In this document: in pieces, positions 1 to 8,987 of the stretch
Numbering within the stretch: the first letter of the stretch is position 1
How the letters are laid out: each line of letters starts with the position of its first letter
Source of the DNA: Thermoproteus tenax Kra 1
GTDB taxonomy: Archaea > Thermoproteota > Thermoprotei > Thermoproteales > Thermoproteaceae
DNA: 32,000 nt
Reading direction: 5' to 3'
Assembly (NCBI RefSeq): GCF_000253055.1
Contig: NC_016070.1
Span: forward strand, 1,260,001 to 1,292,000
Notes under the pieces: model-generated
Told to the model about the DNA's origin: nothing
Databases searched by the model: none
What the model saw: the letters and a program-made list of their open reading frames with translations, nothing else
Program-made: the position numbers and the translations under genes

Positions 1-18
1 GAAACGTGGTAGGCATGG

Positions 19-573
19 TCACTGAGAAGACGCTCCTCCTTCTCTTTGCTTGATAATCATAGCCAAGATAAGCCCGGCGATAGTTACGCTTAAGGCGATA
101 GTTGCCGATCCCAATGCCACAACTAGGGGACCGTAGGGCCCGACGTTGGCCGACAGCGAGCTTTGCGAAAGAGAGCAGCTCAGCCTCAATACGTTGAACT
201 CGAGCACTCTGACGAGACCCTCGGCTTGTTGAGAGGTGGGCTGTTGATCGCAGTACAGAGAATAGCCCGGCGATGCGGCGTAAACTACAATGATGCGGTG
301 GTTCTCGGGACATTGTATTAGGAAGGACGTCGGCTGTTGGCTCAGAGAACACGCAGAGAAGGGGTAGCTCAGTCCCACCACTGCCCTGGAGGGAGACGAC
401 GACGGTATATTAATCCAAGTATAAGTAGAGTTGGGTATAGAATATCTCGTCTCGTTTATCTGGATATAGCCGGGGCCGAATGTGACCGTCGCGGTCTTAT
501 TTGGGCCTGTCTGTAACAGAGTTTGGGCGCTTACCAGCGCAACAACGGCGATCAACGCCACGAACAGACGCAT
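19..573 (-). CDS. Small secreted/membrane protein with N-terminal signal peptide and C-terminal transmembrane helix, function unknown
   Basis: ORF of 184 aa; N-term MRLFVALIAVVALVSAQ, C-term hydrophobic helix VVALGSATIALSVTIAGLILAMII followed by KQR. Confidence 0.65.
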   Translation of the reverse strand: MRLFVALIAVVALVSAQTLLQTGPNKTATVTFGPGYIQINETRYSIPNSTYTWINIPSSSPSRAVVGLSYPFSACSLSQQPTSFLIQCPENHRIIVVYAASPGYSLYCDQQPTSQQAEGLVRVLEFNVLRLSCSLSQSSLSANVGPYGPLVVALGSATIALSVTIAGLILAMIIKQREGGASSQ

Positions 574-627
574 GGAAGGGATGCAGATGGCCTTAATATT
601 TCTTTTCGAGCGTATTATCTCAAAATG

Positions 628-637
628 TTTTTATTTA
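628..637 (+). promoter_or_regulatory. Putative archaeal TATA box (tttttattta region) for the lhr-like gene
   Basis: AT-rich box within GC-rich context about 25 nt 5' of GTG 655. Confidence 0.45.
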
Positions 638-654
638 GTACTGGCTCCGATGGC

Positions 655-3447
655 GTGTCGCTTTCCTCTCTACACGAGGCTGTAAGGAGGGCGTTGGAGG
701 AGAGGGGGTTCGTCGAACTTACCGAGCCGCAAAAAAGGGCGCTTCCACATATCCTTGAGGGAAAGAACGTGTTGATAGTGGCGCCCACGGGCTCTGGTAA
801 GACAGAGGCGGCGTTGTTGCCAATTATGTCCAAGTTCCTCGCAGAGGGCCCGGGCGATCCCGGCATATACATTCTCTACATCACTCCCCTCAGGGCGTTG
901 AACAGAGACCTTCTCGATAGACTGAAATGGTGGGGCGCCAAGCTCAACGTATCTGTGGACGTGCGCCACGGCGATACCGACGAGACTGACAGACAAAGAC
1001 AGAGCAAAAACCCGCCGCACATGCTCATCACAACGCCCGAGATGCTTCAGGCAATTCTCACCGGGAAAAGGCTCTTGGAACACTTGAGACGACTCAGATG
1101 GATCATTGTCGACGAAGTACACGAGCTAGCCGAGGACAAAAGAGGCGTTCAGCTCAGCGTAGCCCTAGAGAGGATAAGGTATCATGTCGGGAGAGACATC
1201 CAGATAGTTGGGCTTTCGGCAACTGTAGGCTCTATAGACGAGGTGGCAAAGTTCTTGTTCGGCGTTGGTAGACCCTACGTTGTAGTGCAAGTGGGCACCC
1301 GCGATATGGATCTCTCGGTGGTCAGACCAAGGCCCACTGCGCGCGACGCTGAGGAGGCAAACAGACTGGGCACACACGAGGAAGTGGCGGCGCGCCTCAG
1401 GTCCATCAAAGAGATGGTTGAAAGACATAAAACAACTTTGATATTTGTAAATACTAGGAGCATGGCCGAGCTACTCGGCTTTAGGCTGTCTCAGGCCTAT
1501 CCAGACCTCCCGGTCGCAGTGCATCACTCGTCGCTCTCCAAGATGGTGAGGCTCTCAGTTGAGAGCGGGCTCAAGAGCGGGGCCCTCAAGGCGGTGGTCG
1601 CTACATCCAGCTTGGAGTTGGGCATAGACATAGGACACGTGGACCTAGTGATACAGTACCTCTCGCCTCACCAAGTAGTGAGGTTAGTTCAGAGAGTGGG
1701 CCGAAGCGGACACAAGCTGACTCTGACGCCAAAGGGGGTAATAGTGGCCGACGATGTGAACGATGCGCTCGAGGCCATCGAGATAGTGAAGAGGGCTAAA
1801 GCCGGCATGCTTGAACAGACCAGAGTTCCCCACAAGCCCTACGACGTCTTGGCAAACCAAGTGGCAGCGTTCTTAATGTTAAAGCCGAGGTGGAGGCTCC
1901 AAGAACTATACGAGGTTATAACAAGAGCGTATCCATACCGCGATCTCACCTTGGATGAGCTCCGAAGGGTAGTCAAATTTTTGAACGAGCTGAGGCCGAG
2001 GCTCGCGCTATATTTCGAAGAGGACGACACTGTGGTCAGGCCGCGCAATAGAGGCTTTTTCCGGTACTTTTTCGAGACGCTCTCCATGATACCAGACGAA
2101 AAACAGTACGCCGTCGTCAACTCAAAGACAGGAGAATTGATAGGCACTCTCGATGAGGCCTTCGTGGCCGAATATGGCGCCCCAGGAGTTAAATTCGTCT
2201 TTAGAGGGCGGCCGTGGCTTATAACTGAGGTGGACGGCAGAGCCATAAAAGTTATCGAGGTTGACGACCCCTCTGGGGCTATCCCCAGCTGGATCGGCGA
2301 GGAGGTCCCAGTCCCCTTTGAGGTGGCCCAGGGAGTCGGCAGAATGAAGAGGGAGATCCACAGGTTGGGCAAAAGGAGGGCCATCGCAGTTTTGACCAAG
2401 ATAGGCATGTCCCGCGAGGCGGCTGAGTTCGTAGTGGGCGAGGTCTTGAGCCAGCCGGCGGACTACTTGCCTGATGATGAGACGATCGTCGTGGAGCAAT
2501 ACGCCGAAAACATCGTCATAGTGCACGCCCACCTCGGCACTCTGGCAAACAGAGCGCTGTCAAAGCTTCTGAGCGAGATTATCATAAGAGAGACTGAGCT
2601 GCCGATCGGCTTCCACCAAGACGCCTACTCTGTAATACTCCAGGCATCGAGGGGTCTCGACGCAGAGCTCGTCGTGAGAAGCCTCATGAAGTTGGCCGAG
2701 CTCTCGCCCGCTGGGTTGGCAGAGTTGGTCAAATCTGCTTTAGTGAAGTCGGGGTCGTTCAAAAGGAGGTTCTTGTATGTGGCCAAGAGGTTCGGCGCAG
2801 TGGACAAAGAGGCCGACATACACAACGTCAGCATAGGCAAATTAGTCGAGGCGTTCAGCGGAACACCTGTATTCGACGAGGCTCTGCGCGAGGCATTGGA
2901 GCAGGACCTCGACCTTGAGTCGCTCTGGCGCGTCCTCCAGAGGATAAAGGAGGGAAGTATAAGGGTCGTTCTCTCAAGGGGGAGGACCCGCTTGGGCGAA
3001 ATAGCCTACGAAAAGCTGGCGCACCGCCTGGAGATCATACCGCCGGAGCGTCTGAGGAAGCTCGTTCTAGAGAGCGTCAAGGCTCGTCTCTTGAACACGT
3101 CTATGATGTTTGTATGCGCCGATTGTGGCTGGACCGGCGTGATGAGAGTCGGCGAAATGTACGATGCCAGATGCCCCAAGTGTGGCGGAAGGCTGGGCGT
3201 CATAAGATATTTGTCCACGGACAATCTCGAAAAGGAGCTCAGACGCAAACGCGAAGAGGCTCTCAAGACCGCCGAGCTACTGGAAAAATACGGTTGGAAA
3301 GCCCTCGTGGCCCTGGCTGGCAGAATCCCGTTGGAGGACATAGAGAGTGTGTTGAAGCGGGCCAACGGCGCCGACCTCAACAAGCTTGCAGAGGCCGTGA
3401 TGGAGGCCGAGAGGGAGCACCTAAAGGCGCGCATCCTAGAGGAATAG
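655..3447 (+). CDS. lhr: Lhr-like Ski2-family DEAD/DEAH helicase with C-terminal zinc-finger motif
   Basis: APTGSGKTEAALLP, DEVHE, SATVG, VQRVGRSGH motifs; C-terminal CADCGW...CPKCGG. ORF opens at 523 but a TATA-like box at about 628-637 lies about 25 nt upstream of GTG 655, suggesting a leaderless GTG start (ATG 625 is the alternative). Confidence 0.9.
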   Translation: MSLSSLHEAVRRALEERGFVELTEPQKRALPHILEGKNVLIVAPTGSGKTEAALLPIMSKFLAEGPGDPGIYILYITPLRALNRDLLDRLKWWGAKLNVSVDVRHGDTDETDRQRQSKNPPHMLITTPEMLQAILTGKRLLEHLRRLRWIIVDEVHELAEDKRGVQLSVALERIRYHVGRDIQIVGLSATVGSIDEVAKFLFGVGRPYVVVQVGTRDMDLSVVRPRPTARDAEEANRLGTHEEVAARLRSIKEMVERHKTTLIFVNTRSMAELLGFRLSQAYPDLPVAVHHSSLSKMVRLSVESGLKSGALKAVVATSSLELGIDIGHVDLVIQYLSPHQVVRLVQRVGRSGHKLTLTPKGVIVADDVNDALEAIEIVKRAKAGMLEQTRVPHKPYDVLANQVAAFLMLKPRWRLQELYEVITRAYPYRDLTLDELRRVVKFLNELRPRLALYFEEDDTVVRPRNRGFFRYFFETLSMIPDEKQYAVVNSKTGELIGTLDEAFVAEYGAPGVKFVFRGRPWLITEVDGRAIKVIEVDDPSGAIPSWIGEEVPVPFEVAQGVGRMKREIHRLGKRRAIAVLTKIGMSREAAEFVVGEVLSQPADYLPDDETIVVEQYAENIVIVHAHLGTLANRALSKLLSEIIIRETELPIGFHQDAYSVILQASRGLDAELVVRSLMKLAELSPAGLAELVKSALVKSGSFKRRFLYVAKRFGAVDKEADIHNVSIGKLVEAFSGTPVFDEALREALEQDLDLESLWRVLQRIKEGSIRVVLSRGRTRLGEIAYEKLAHRLEIIPPERLRKLVLESVKARLLNTSMMFVCADCGWTGVMRVGEMYDARCPKCGGRLGVIRYLSTDNLEKELRRKREEALKTAELLEKYGWKALVALAGRIPLEDIESVLKRANGADLNKLAEAVMEAEREHLKARILEE

Positions 3448-3499
3448 TCAGCCTGCCGCTTGCGTTCACCAGTCCTGATCTCCGACCATCATCACCAGT
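3445..3499 (-). ncRNA. Candidate C/D box sRNA
   Basis: Minus strand: GTGATGA (C box, 3495-3489), then 37 nt, then CTGA (D box, 3451-3448); C-to-D span 48 nt; internal CTGGTGAAC could hold degenerate D'/C' boxes. Confidence 0.35.
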
Positions 3500-3527
3500 G
3501 ACCTTCAAACAAACGTTTTTGAGTTTG

Positions 3528-3719
3528 CTAACGGAGTATCTCGAGGCCCTCAACGCATTTTCGGCAATAGGCTATTACCCTCCCCCCAGAGATTCTAATA
3601 TATGCGGCCTCCTCCGGCTTGATCTCGGCCCCGCAGCCGGCACATCTCAGAGTGCCCGCGAGTTTGGGGAACCCGGGCGTGGACATCTCCCTGCCTCTGA
3701 GCCTTATTAGCCAGAAGTC
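3528..3719 (-). CDS. Small zinc-ribbon protein (CxxC...CxxC)
   Basis: ORF 3528..3794; ...LRCAGCGAEIKPEEAAYIRISGGRVIAYCRKC...; TATA-like tttatatta at about 3740-3748 points to leaderless GTG at 3719. Confidence 0.6.
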   Translation of the reverse strand, partial: DFWLIRLRGREMSTPGFPKLAGTLRCAGCGAEIKPEEAAYIRISGGRVIAYCRKCVEGLEILR

Positions 3720-3783
3720 CACGTCACCTCCATCTTTGTAATATAAACTGTGAGATGTATTATGCAAATATATCATTTGTAAT

Positions 3784-3843
3784 ATAATCAGCACTTCGCC
3801 GTCGTCCTCACAGCTCGGTAGCGCCCTTGAGTCATCACGGTTA
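3784..3843 (-). ncRNA. Candidate C/D box sRNA with C, D', C' and D boxes
   Basis: Minus strand: ATAAcc-GTGATGA (C)-CTCAAGGGCGCTA-CCGA (D')-GCT-GTGAGGA (C')-CGACGGCGAAGTG-CTGA (D)-TTAT. Spacing 13/3/13 nt, short AT terminal stem, TATA-like attaatatg upstream. Confidence 0.6.
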
Positions 3844-3905
3844 TTAACATGTTCAGCTCATATTAATGTGCTGAGATGCGGGATGTGCAGAGAGATGAAG
3901 AGCCA

Positions 3906-4733
3906 CTACCGGCTCTGAGTCCTCCTGGCGTATTCTAGCAGCCTCCTGGCGAGCTGGTAGTGGACGTAGTCCACCAGCTGGTCGTCGACTCTGATCGCGC
4001 CGCGCCCCCGCGCTCTGGCCTCCTCGTACGCCTTCACTATCTTCTCGGCTTGTCTGATCTCCTCCTCGGTCGGCGAGAACACCTCGTTGGCGATCGGTAT
4101 TTGGCTCGGGTGGATCACTTGTTTGCCCACAAAGCCCAGGGCCTTGGCTTCGGCACACTCCCTGCGGAAGCCCTCGAGGTCCTTTAGATCGAAGTATACT
4201 TTGTCTATGGGCTCCACTCCATAGGCTCTAGCCGCCGCGACGACCAACGTCTTGATGGCTTGATTGCCCTCGTAGGCTCTGTGGTGTCCCCCTACTGAGA
4301 GAGCGAAGTCTGCAACGCCATAGGAGACTGCGGCCACGCCCTCGCTCCTCACTATCTCCTCCATTTTGATAAAGCCTCTGGCTGTCTCTATGAGGGGCTC
4401 TACGGATCTGCCCGTGGCTTGATAGACAAAGTCCAGAGGCACCTCCGCCTTGGGGACTACAACGCATTTGACAACATCCAGCTTGAGGACGAGCTCTATA
4501 TCTTTATAAAAGTAGGGCGTCCACATAGGGTTTACGCGGACGCACACCTCCTTGGTCCCCCAGTCGAGCTGTGGGACTATCCTCATGAGCAGATCGCGGG
4601 CGATGTCTTTCTCCTCCGGCGGGACTGAGTCCTCTAGGTCGAGAATCACTGAGTCGGGCGACAGCTCCAGGGCAGCCTTTCTGATCATCCTCTCGTTGTT
4701 CCCCGGCACGTAGAGCTGGGATCTACGGATCAT
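3906..4733 (-). CDS. HpcH/HpaI aldolase / CitE-like citrate (citramalyl/malyl-CoA) lyase family protein
   Basis: RSQLYVPGNNERM, DLEDSVPPEEK, VRVNP, QVIHPSQI motifs; ATG at 4733 overlaps the upstream TGA (ATGA). Confidence 0.85.
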   Translation of the reverse strand: MIRRSQLYVPGNNERMIRKAALELSPDSVILDLEDSVPPEEKDIARDLLMRIVPQLDWGTKEVCVRVNPMWTPYFYKDIELVLKLDVVKCVVVPKAEVPLDFVYQATGRSVEPLIETARGFIKMEEIVRSEGVAAVSYGVADFALSVGGHHRAYEGNQAIKTLVVAAARAYGVEPIDKVYFDLKDLEGFRRECAEAKALGFVGKQVIHPSQIPIANEVFSPTEEEIRQAEKIVKAYEEARARGRGAIRVDDQLVDYVHYQLARRLLEYARRTQSR

Positions 4734-5833
4734 GCCCTTATTACCCCCTTCTCTATTAGTTCGGATATTTTCTTGTCGTCGACCCCCAGACTCTTCAATA
4801 TCTCTATAGAGTTTTCGCCTACAGCGGGGGCTCTTGAGCCATTCAATGATCCAGGCAACGGAAGCCTTGGAGCCGCTATCTTGCGATCGCTTGAGGCGAT
4901 AAAGTCCCATAATATATCTCCTTCGCTTATAAGCGTACGAATATCGTTGAGCGGGGCGGCAGGTACGTCGTTCTTTAAAAGAAGCTCTAGCAGTTCCCCT
5001 GTAGTATAGCCTTTTGTCGCCTCCTCTATTATCCTGTGCAACTCCTCTCTGTTGGCCACGCGGCCCTCGTTAGTGGCGAACTTGGGGTCTTCGCAGGCGG
5101 ACACCTTGAGGGTCTTACAGAATCTCGACCATATATTGTTGTTGGCCACAGCAATGTAAATATAACCATCCTTCGTTGGAAACAGCTCATAGGGGGCCCA
5201 GAAGGGCAGTCTATCGCCTGCGCCAGGAAAGATCTTGCCCAAGGTCTGATACGCGACTAGGTAGTATCCCAACCAAGCCACGTCTGTTTGAAATAAACTG
5301 ACCTCGTAGTAGCCCGGCCTCTTAGTGAGGAGCGCCCAGAGCACAGTTAAGGCACAGTATAAACCAGCACTCATGTCAGTGATAGAGGCAGGCAACCGCG
5401 AGTTTCCGTTGGCCCACATAACTCCGCTCGTAGCCTCTATCAGAGTCCCAAAGGCGGGCCAAGACCCTCTGGAGCCCGTAGTGGGATACCCCTTTATTGA
5501 GCAGTACACTAGCTCGCCATTTGCTTTAAAGAGAGTATCTCTATCTAAGCCCAATCTGTCCATAGCGCCGGGGGCCAGATTCTCTATTAAGACGTTGCTG
5601 GACCTCAATATCTCGAGGAAAATAGCTCTGCCCTCAGGCTTTTTCAAGTCCAAGGCCAACGACTTCTTGTTGCGGTTAAGAAACACGAAAATGGAATCCC
5701 CCATTACGTCATCGTATCTTGTGGGATCGCCTGAGGGTGGCTCGATTTTTATGACCTCAAAGCCCAAGTGGGCTAGGACCAGGCCCGCGTAGGGACCGGC
5801 TATTACGTGGCCGAGCTCAACCGCTCTGTACAT
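4730..5833 (-). CDS. Class III (CaiB/BaiF) acyl-CoA transferase
   Basis: HVIAGPYAGLVLAHLGFEVIKIEPPSGDPTR, NKKSLALDLKKPEG, ENLAPGAMDRLGL; ORF 4730..5845, ATG at 5833 chosen. Confidence 0.88.
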   Translation of the reverse strand: MYRAVELGHVIAGPYAGLVLAHLGFEVIKIEPPSGDPTRYDDVMGDSIFVFLNRNKKSLALDLKKPEGRAIFLEILRSSNVLIENLAPGAMDRLGLDRDTLFKANGELVYCSIKGYPTTGSRGSWPAFGTLIEATSGVMWANGNSRLPASITDMSAGLYCALTVLWALLTKRPGYYEVSLFQTDVAWLGYYLVAYQTLGKIFPGAGDRLPFWAPYELFPTKDGYIYIAVANNNIWSRFCKTLKVSACEDPKFATNEGRVANREELHRIIEEATKGYTTGELLELLLKNDVPAAPLNDIRTLISEGDILWDFIASSDRKIAAPRLPLPGSLNGSRAPAVGENSIEILKSLGVDDKKISELIEKGVIRA

Positions 5834-7514
5834 TGCCCCTCTCAAGCTCTCTGCGCCTCAGCTCATACCTCTTGAGTTTTCCGGTCTCCGTTCTGGGCAA
5901 TTGATCTACAAACTCCACTTCTCTAGGATATGCATATGCGGCGAGCCGTGTTTTTACAAACTCTTGGATCTCTCTGGCCAAAATATCGCTTGGCTCAATA
6001 CCTGGTTTGAGGACTACGAAGGCCTTAACTATAGTGCCGCGGACAGGATCCGGCTTCCCAATCACGGCAGCCTCTAGGACTGCCGGATGTTTTGTGATTA
6101 CCTCCTCTATCTCCTCGGGCCCGATCCTGTAGCCTGAGACTTTTATGACGTCATCCCCTCTGCCCTTAAACCAGAGGTAGCCCTCGGCATCTTTAAGCCC
6201 CATATCTCCTATGAGGAACCAGCCGTTCTTTATTTTCGCGGCCGTGGCCTCGGGGTTTTTGAAGTACCCTAGAAATGCCACCGGATCTGGCAATTTGACA
6301 GCTATCCATCCCTCGGCATTTGGAGGAAGCGGGTTCCCCTTGTCGTCGACAACCTCGACGATGTGCCCAGGCGCAGGCTTTCCCAGCGAACCTGGCTTGG
6401 CCCAAATGGAGTTGTTAGTGACAACTAGATTAGTCTCAGTGCAGCCGTAGAACTCGTTCACTGAAGCTTTAAAAGCCTCCGAGGCCCAGAGCACAAGCTC
6501 CCGTCCTGGCGACTCTCCCGCCGTGCTCAAGGCCCTCAACTTTATATCGAAATCTTTCAACGGCTCCGGATACTCCCTTCTAATTATACGGAGAGCAGTA
6601 GGAGTTATAAAGGCCGCAGTGACTCCGTACTGTGACATCACCTCCAGCGCTCTCCGGGCACTGAAGCCGCTTGTCCTCCTGTATGCCACTACAGGCATGC
6701 CGAAGTAGAGCGAGGGCAGTACTACGTCGCCCAAGGCGCCGATCCACCCCCAGTCTGCGTTTGTCCAATATACGTCGCCATCGCGAGGGGCCATCTCAAA
6801 GTACAGTTGGTAGGTCGGTATATGGCCCAGAAGAAACCGATGGGCGTGTAGCACTCCCTTGGGCGGGCCCGTGCTGCCCGATGTATAAAACAACTGGGCC
6901 GGCTCATCGCTCTCTGTCTCGGCTATTTCCGCTGATCCGGCCTTGGTCTGATCCTCGAAAGACAACTCCTTGCCGCCAGAGGGCTCTGAACCCACTACAT
7001 ATATCGCTCTTATTGTGTTCAATCTATTCGCTATCGAGATCGCCTCTTTCTTCGTGCCGTCTGTCACAAACGCCTTTGCCTCGCTGTGTTTCAATCTGTA
7101 TTCTACTCCCTCGGTCCCTATCAACGGAGATATCGACAATGCAATTGCTCCTATCTTATAAATGGCGCTTAGAGCGATTACAACCTCCGGCCCAGGGTAG
7201 AGATATACGCCAACGACGTCCCCCTTCCTTACTCCGTTGTCCAGAAGCGATCTCGCAAACGCGTCGGACCTAGTCTTCAGTTCGCTGAATCTTACAACTT
7301 CTCTCCGCCCCTCGTCGTCCTCGTAATATATCGCAACGTTTTCTCCGCGTCCCAACGCGATTGCTCTGTCCGTTATAGCATATCCTATATTAAAATATTT
7401 TGGTATATTCCAAATAAATTTTCTATATATATCTTCATATGAATTAAAAGAAAAATTTCTTATATCTATTTCTAGTCTATCGCTATACGCTTTGGGATAT
7501 TTAATACCGTTCAC
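5817..7514 (-). CDS. Acyl-CoA synthetase (acetyl/medium-chain acyl-CoA synthetase-like, AMP-forming)
   Basis: YTSGSTGPPKGVLH, YGCTETN, RGDDVIKVSGYRIGPEEIEE, PRTETGKLKR; ORF opens at 7532 but GTG 7514 overlaps the upstream TGA as GTGA. Confidence 0.88.
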   Translation of the reverse strand: MNGIKYPKAYSDRLEIDIRNFSFNSYEDIYRKFIWNIPKYFNIGYAITDRAIALGRGENVAIYYEDDEGRREVVRFSELKTRSDAFARSLLDNGVRKGDVVGVYLYPGPEVVIALSAIYKIGAIALSISPLIGTEGVEYRLKHSEAKAFVTDGTKKEAISIANRLNTIRAIYVVGSEPSGGKELSFEDQTKAGSAEIAETESDEPAQLFYTSGSTGPPKGVLHAHRFLLGHIPTYQLYFEMAPRDGDVYWTNADWGWIGALGDVVLPSLYFGMPVVAYRRTSGFSARRALEVMSQYGVTAAFITPTALRIIRREYPEPLKDFDIKLRALSTAGESPGRELVLWASEAFKASVNEFYGCTETNLVVTNNSIWAKPGSLGKPAPGHIVEVVDDKGNPLPPNAEGWIAVKLPDPVAFLGYFKNPEATAAKIKNGWFLIGDMGLKDAEGYLWFKGRGDDVIKVSGYRIGPEEIEEVITKHPAVLEAAVIGKPDPVRGTIVKAFVVLKPGIEPSDILAREIQEFVKTRLAAYAYPREVEFVDQLPRTETGKLKRYELRRRELERGNVQSG

Positions 7515-8797
7515 AGCAGTTCCTGGCAACACCTATCCTTCGATAGAAGCACGAAGACCATAGCCACAATTGCGCCCACTATCGTGACCAAAGATATAGC
7601 GACCAGTGTGCCGTAGGTCTTCCCTATAGAGTTGAGCAAGAATGTACTTATGTAGGGCGCAAACGAGCTGAAGGCCACGCCGAGGTTCAATATAAGCCCT
7701 ATGCCGCTATATCTCACCTTCGTCTCTATGGTCTCTGCCAACCACGCAGGCAAGAGAGAGTACTGTGAAGAAAATATAGCTCCGATCAAGGCAGCGCCTA
7801 ATACTAAAGCCTCCATGCTTCCGCTGGCAATTAGGGACCAGATCGGATACAACGTAAGGGCGGCTATCGCATAGTATATCGCTAGCATGGTTCTCCTCCT
7901 CCCCGCCTTGTCGCTCAGATAGCCAAAGAGGGGTCCAAGAAAGACCCAGGCTAGGCCGGCCGCCAGGGAGGCCAACACAAGAGCCTCTCTGCTATACCCC
8001 AACAGCGGAAGCAATGTGCCAAAATATCCTATAGATCCATAATATATCAAAGATTCGCCGAAAACAACAACTGTAGCTACTATTATGAAAAACCAATACT
8101 TTCTTACCAAAGCCAGAAACGGTATTTTCTCCACAGAGGGCTTGCCCTTGGTCAACCAGACGGAGCTCTCGCCTATACTCCACCTCACAAACAGCGCTAT
8201 GGCTAACGGTATTACTCCAAACCAGAAGAGGATCCTCCAGCCGTACGCAATCATGGCTTCTTTGCTAGGCGCTAATGCGCTGGCCAATGCGAGCGCGGCT
8301 GCGGCCCAGACCGAGGCTAGGCCGGCGCCTCCTTGCGCCACGCCGCCCAGTAGCCCTCTCATGTTATTGGGCGCAAACTCGGTCGTCATAGTCAAGCCGC
8401 CCGCCCACTCGCCTCCCAGGAATATCCCTTGTAACATTCTGAGGATTACCAACAACAAAGTCGCTAGTAGACCTATCTGGGCATAAGTAGGAAGGAACCC
8501 TATGAGGACTGTGGCGAGGCCCATTCCCACTAATACTATGAACCAAGTTACTTTGCGCCCTATCCTATCCCCTACATGACCCCAGATTATGGCGCCCAGA
8601 GGTCTGGCGAAATAGCCCAGCACCATTATTAATAGTGCGTTCAATAAGCTTGCTATGTAATTGCCCTTGGGAAAGAATAAGTCCGCTATATATGGGGCTG
8701 CGTAGAGGTACACAATGAGATCATAGAGCTCAAACCCCCAACCCAAGTTTGCCGACAACGCAACTTTTAGGGACTCGGCGAAATTATTTTCGCCCAT
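7511..8797 (-). CDS. MFS transporter, metabolite:H+ symporter-like (ProP/ShiA/KgtP-like)
   Basis: 12-TM-like protein; WGFELYDLIVYLYAAPYIADLFFP, GDRIGRK, GIFLGGEWAGG, SDKAGRRR. Confidence 0.85.
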   Translation of the reverse strand: MGENNFAESLKVALSANLGWGFELYDLIVYLYAAPYIADLFFPKGNYIASLLNALLIMVLGYFARPLGAIIWGHVGDRIGRKVTWFIVLVGMGLATVLIGFLPTYAQIGLLATLLLVILRMLQGIFLGGEWAGGLTMTTEFAPNNMRGLLGGVAQGGAGLASVWAAAALALASALAPSKEAMIAYGWRILFWFGVIPLAIALFVRWSIGESSVWLTKGKPSVEKIPFLALVRKYWFFIIVATVVVFGESLIYYGSIGYFGTLLPLLGYSREALVLASLAAGLAWVFLGPLFGYLSDKAGRRRTMLAIYYAIAALTLYPIWSLIASGSMEALVLGAALIGAIFSSQYSLLPAWLAETIETKVRYSGIGLILNLGVAFSSFAPYISTFLLNSIGKTYGTLVAISLVTIVGAIVAMVFVLLSKDRCCQELL

Positions 8798-8987
8798 AGT
8801 CTACCAAAAAAATAATTACTATTATAAACTTTTTTCTTTAATGCTATTTTTATTTATTCCAATAATATTCATTAAATAATTAATTAATAAATAAATTGAT
8901 TTATATTAATAATATATTTAATTTATATAGAAGTCTTTTTATAAATTATGTTTATACTATTTTTATTTATATTCTTTCTCTTTTTTA

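Noticed and set aside
523-654. N-terminal extension of the helicase to 523
   Set aside because: It overlaps the divergent secreted-protein gene start and lies upstream of the likely TATA box; the extension sequence (MGAYQRNNGDQRHEQTHGRD) does not look like part of the helicase.
1839-2408. Long minus-strand ORFs opposite the helicase (also 2122..2532, 670..1122)
   Set aside because: Antisense shadow ORFs of a strongly supported helicase gene; sequences are low-complexity or composition-driven with no recognisable motifs.
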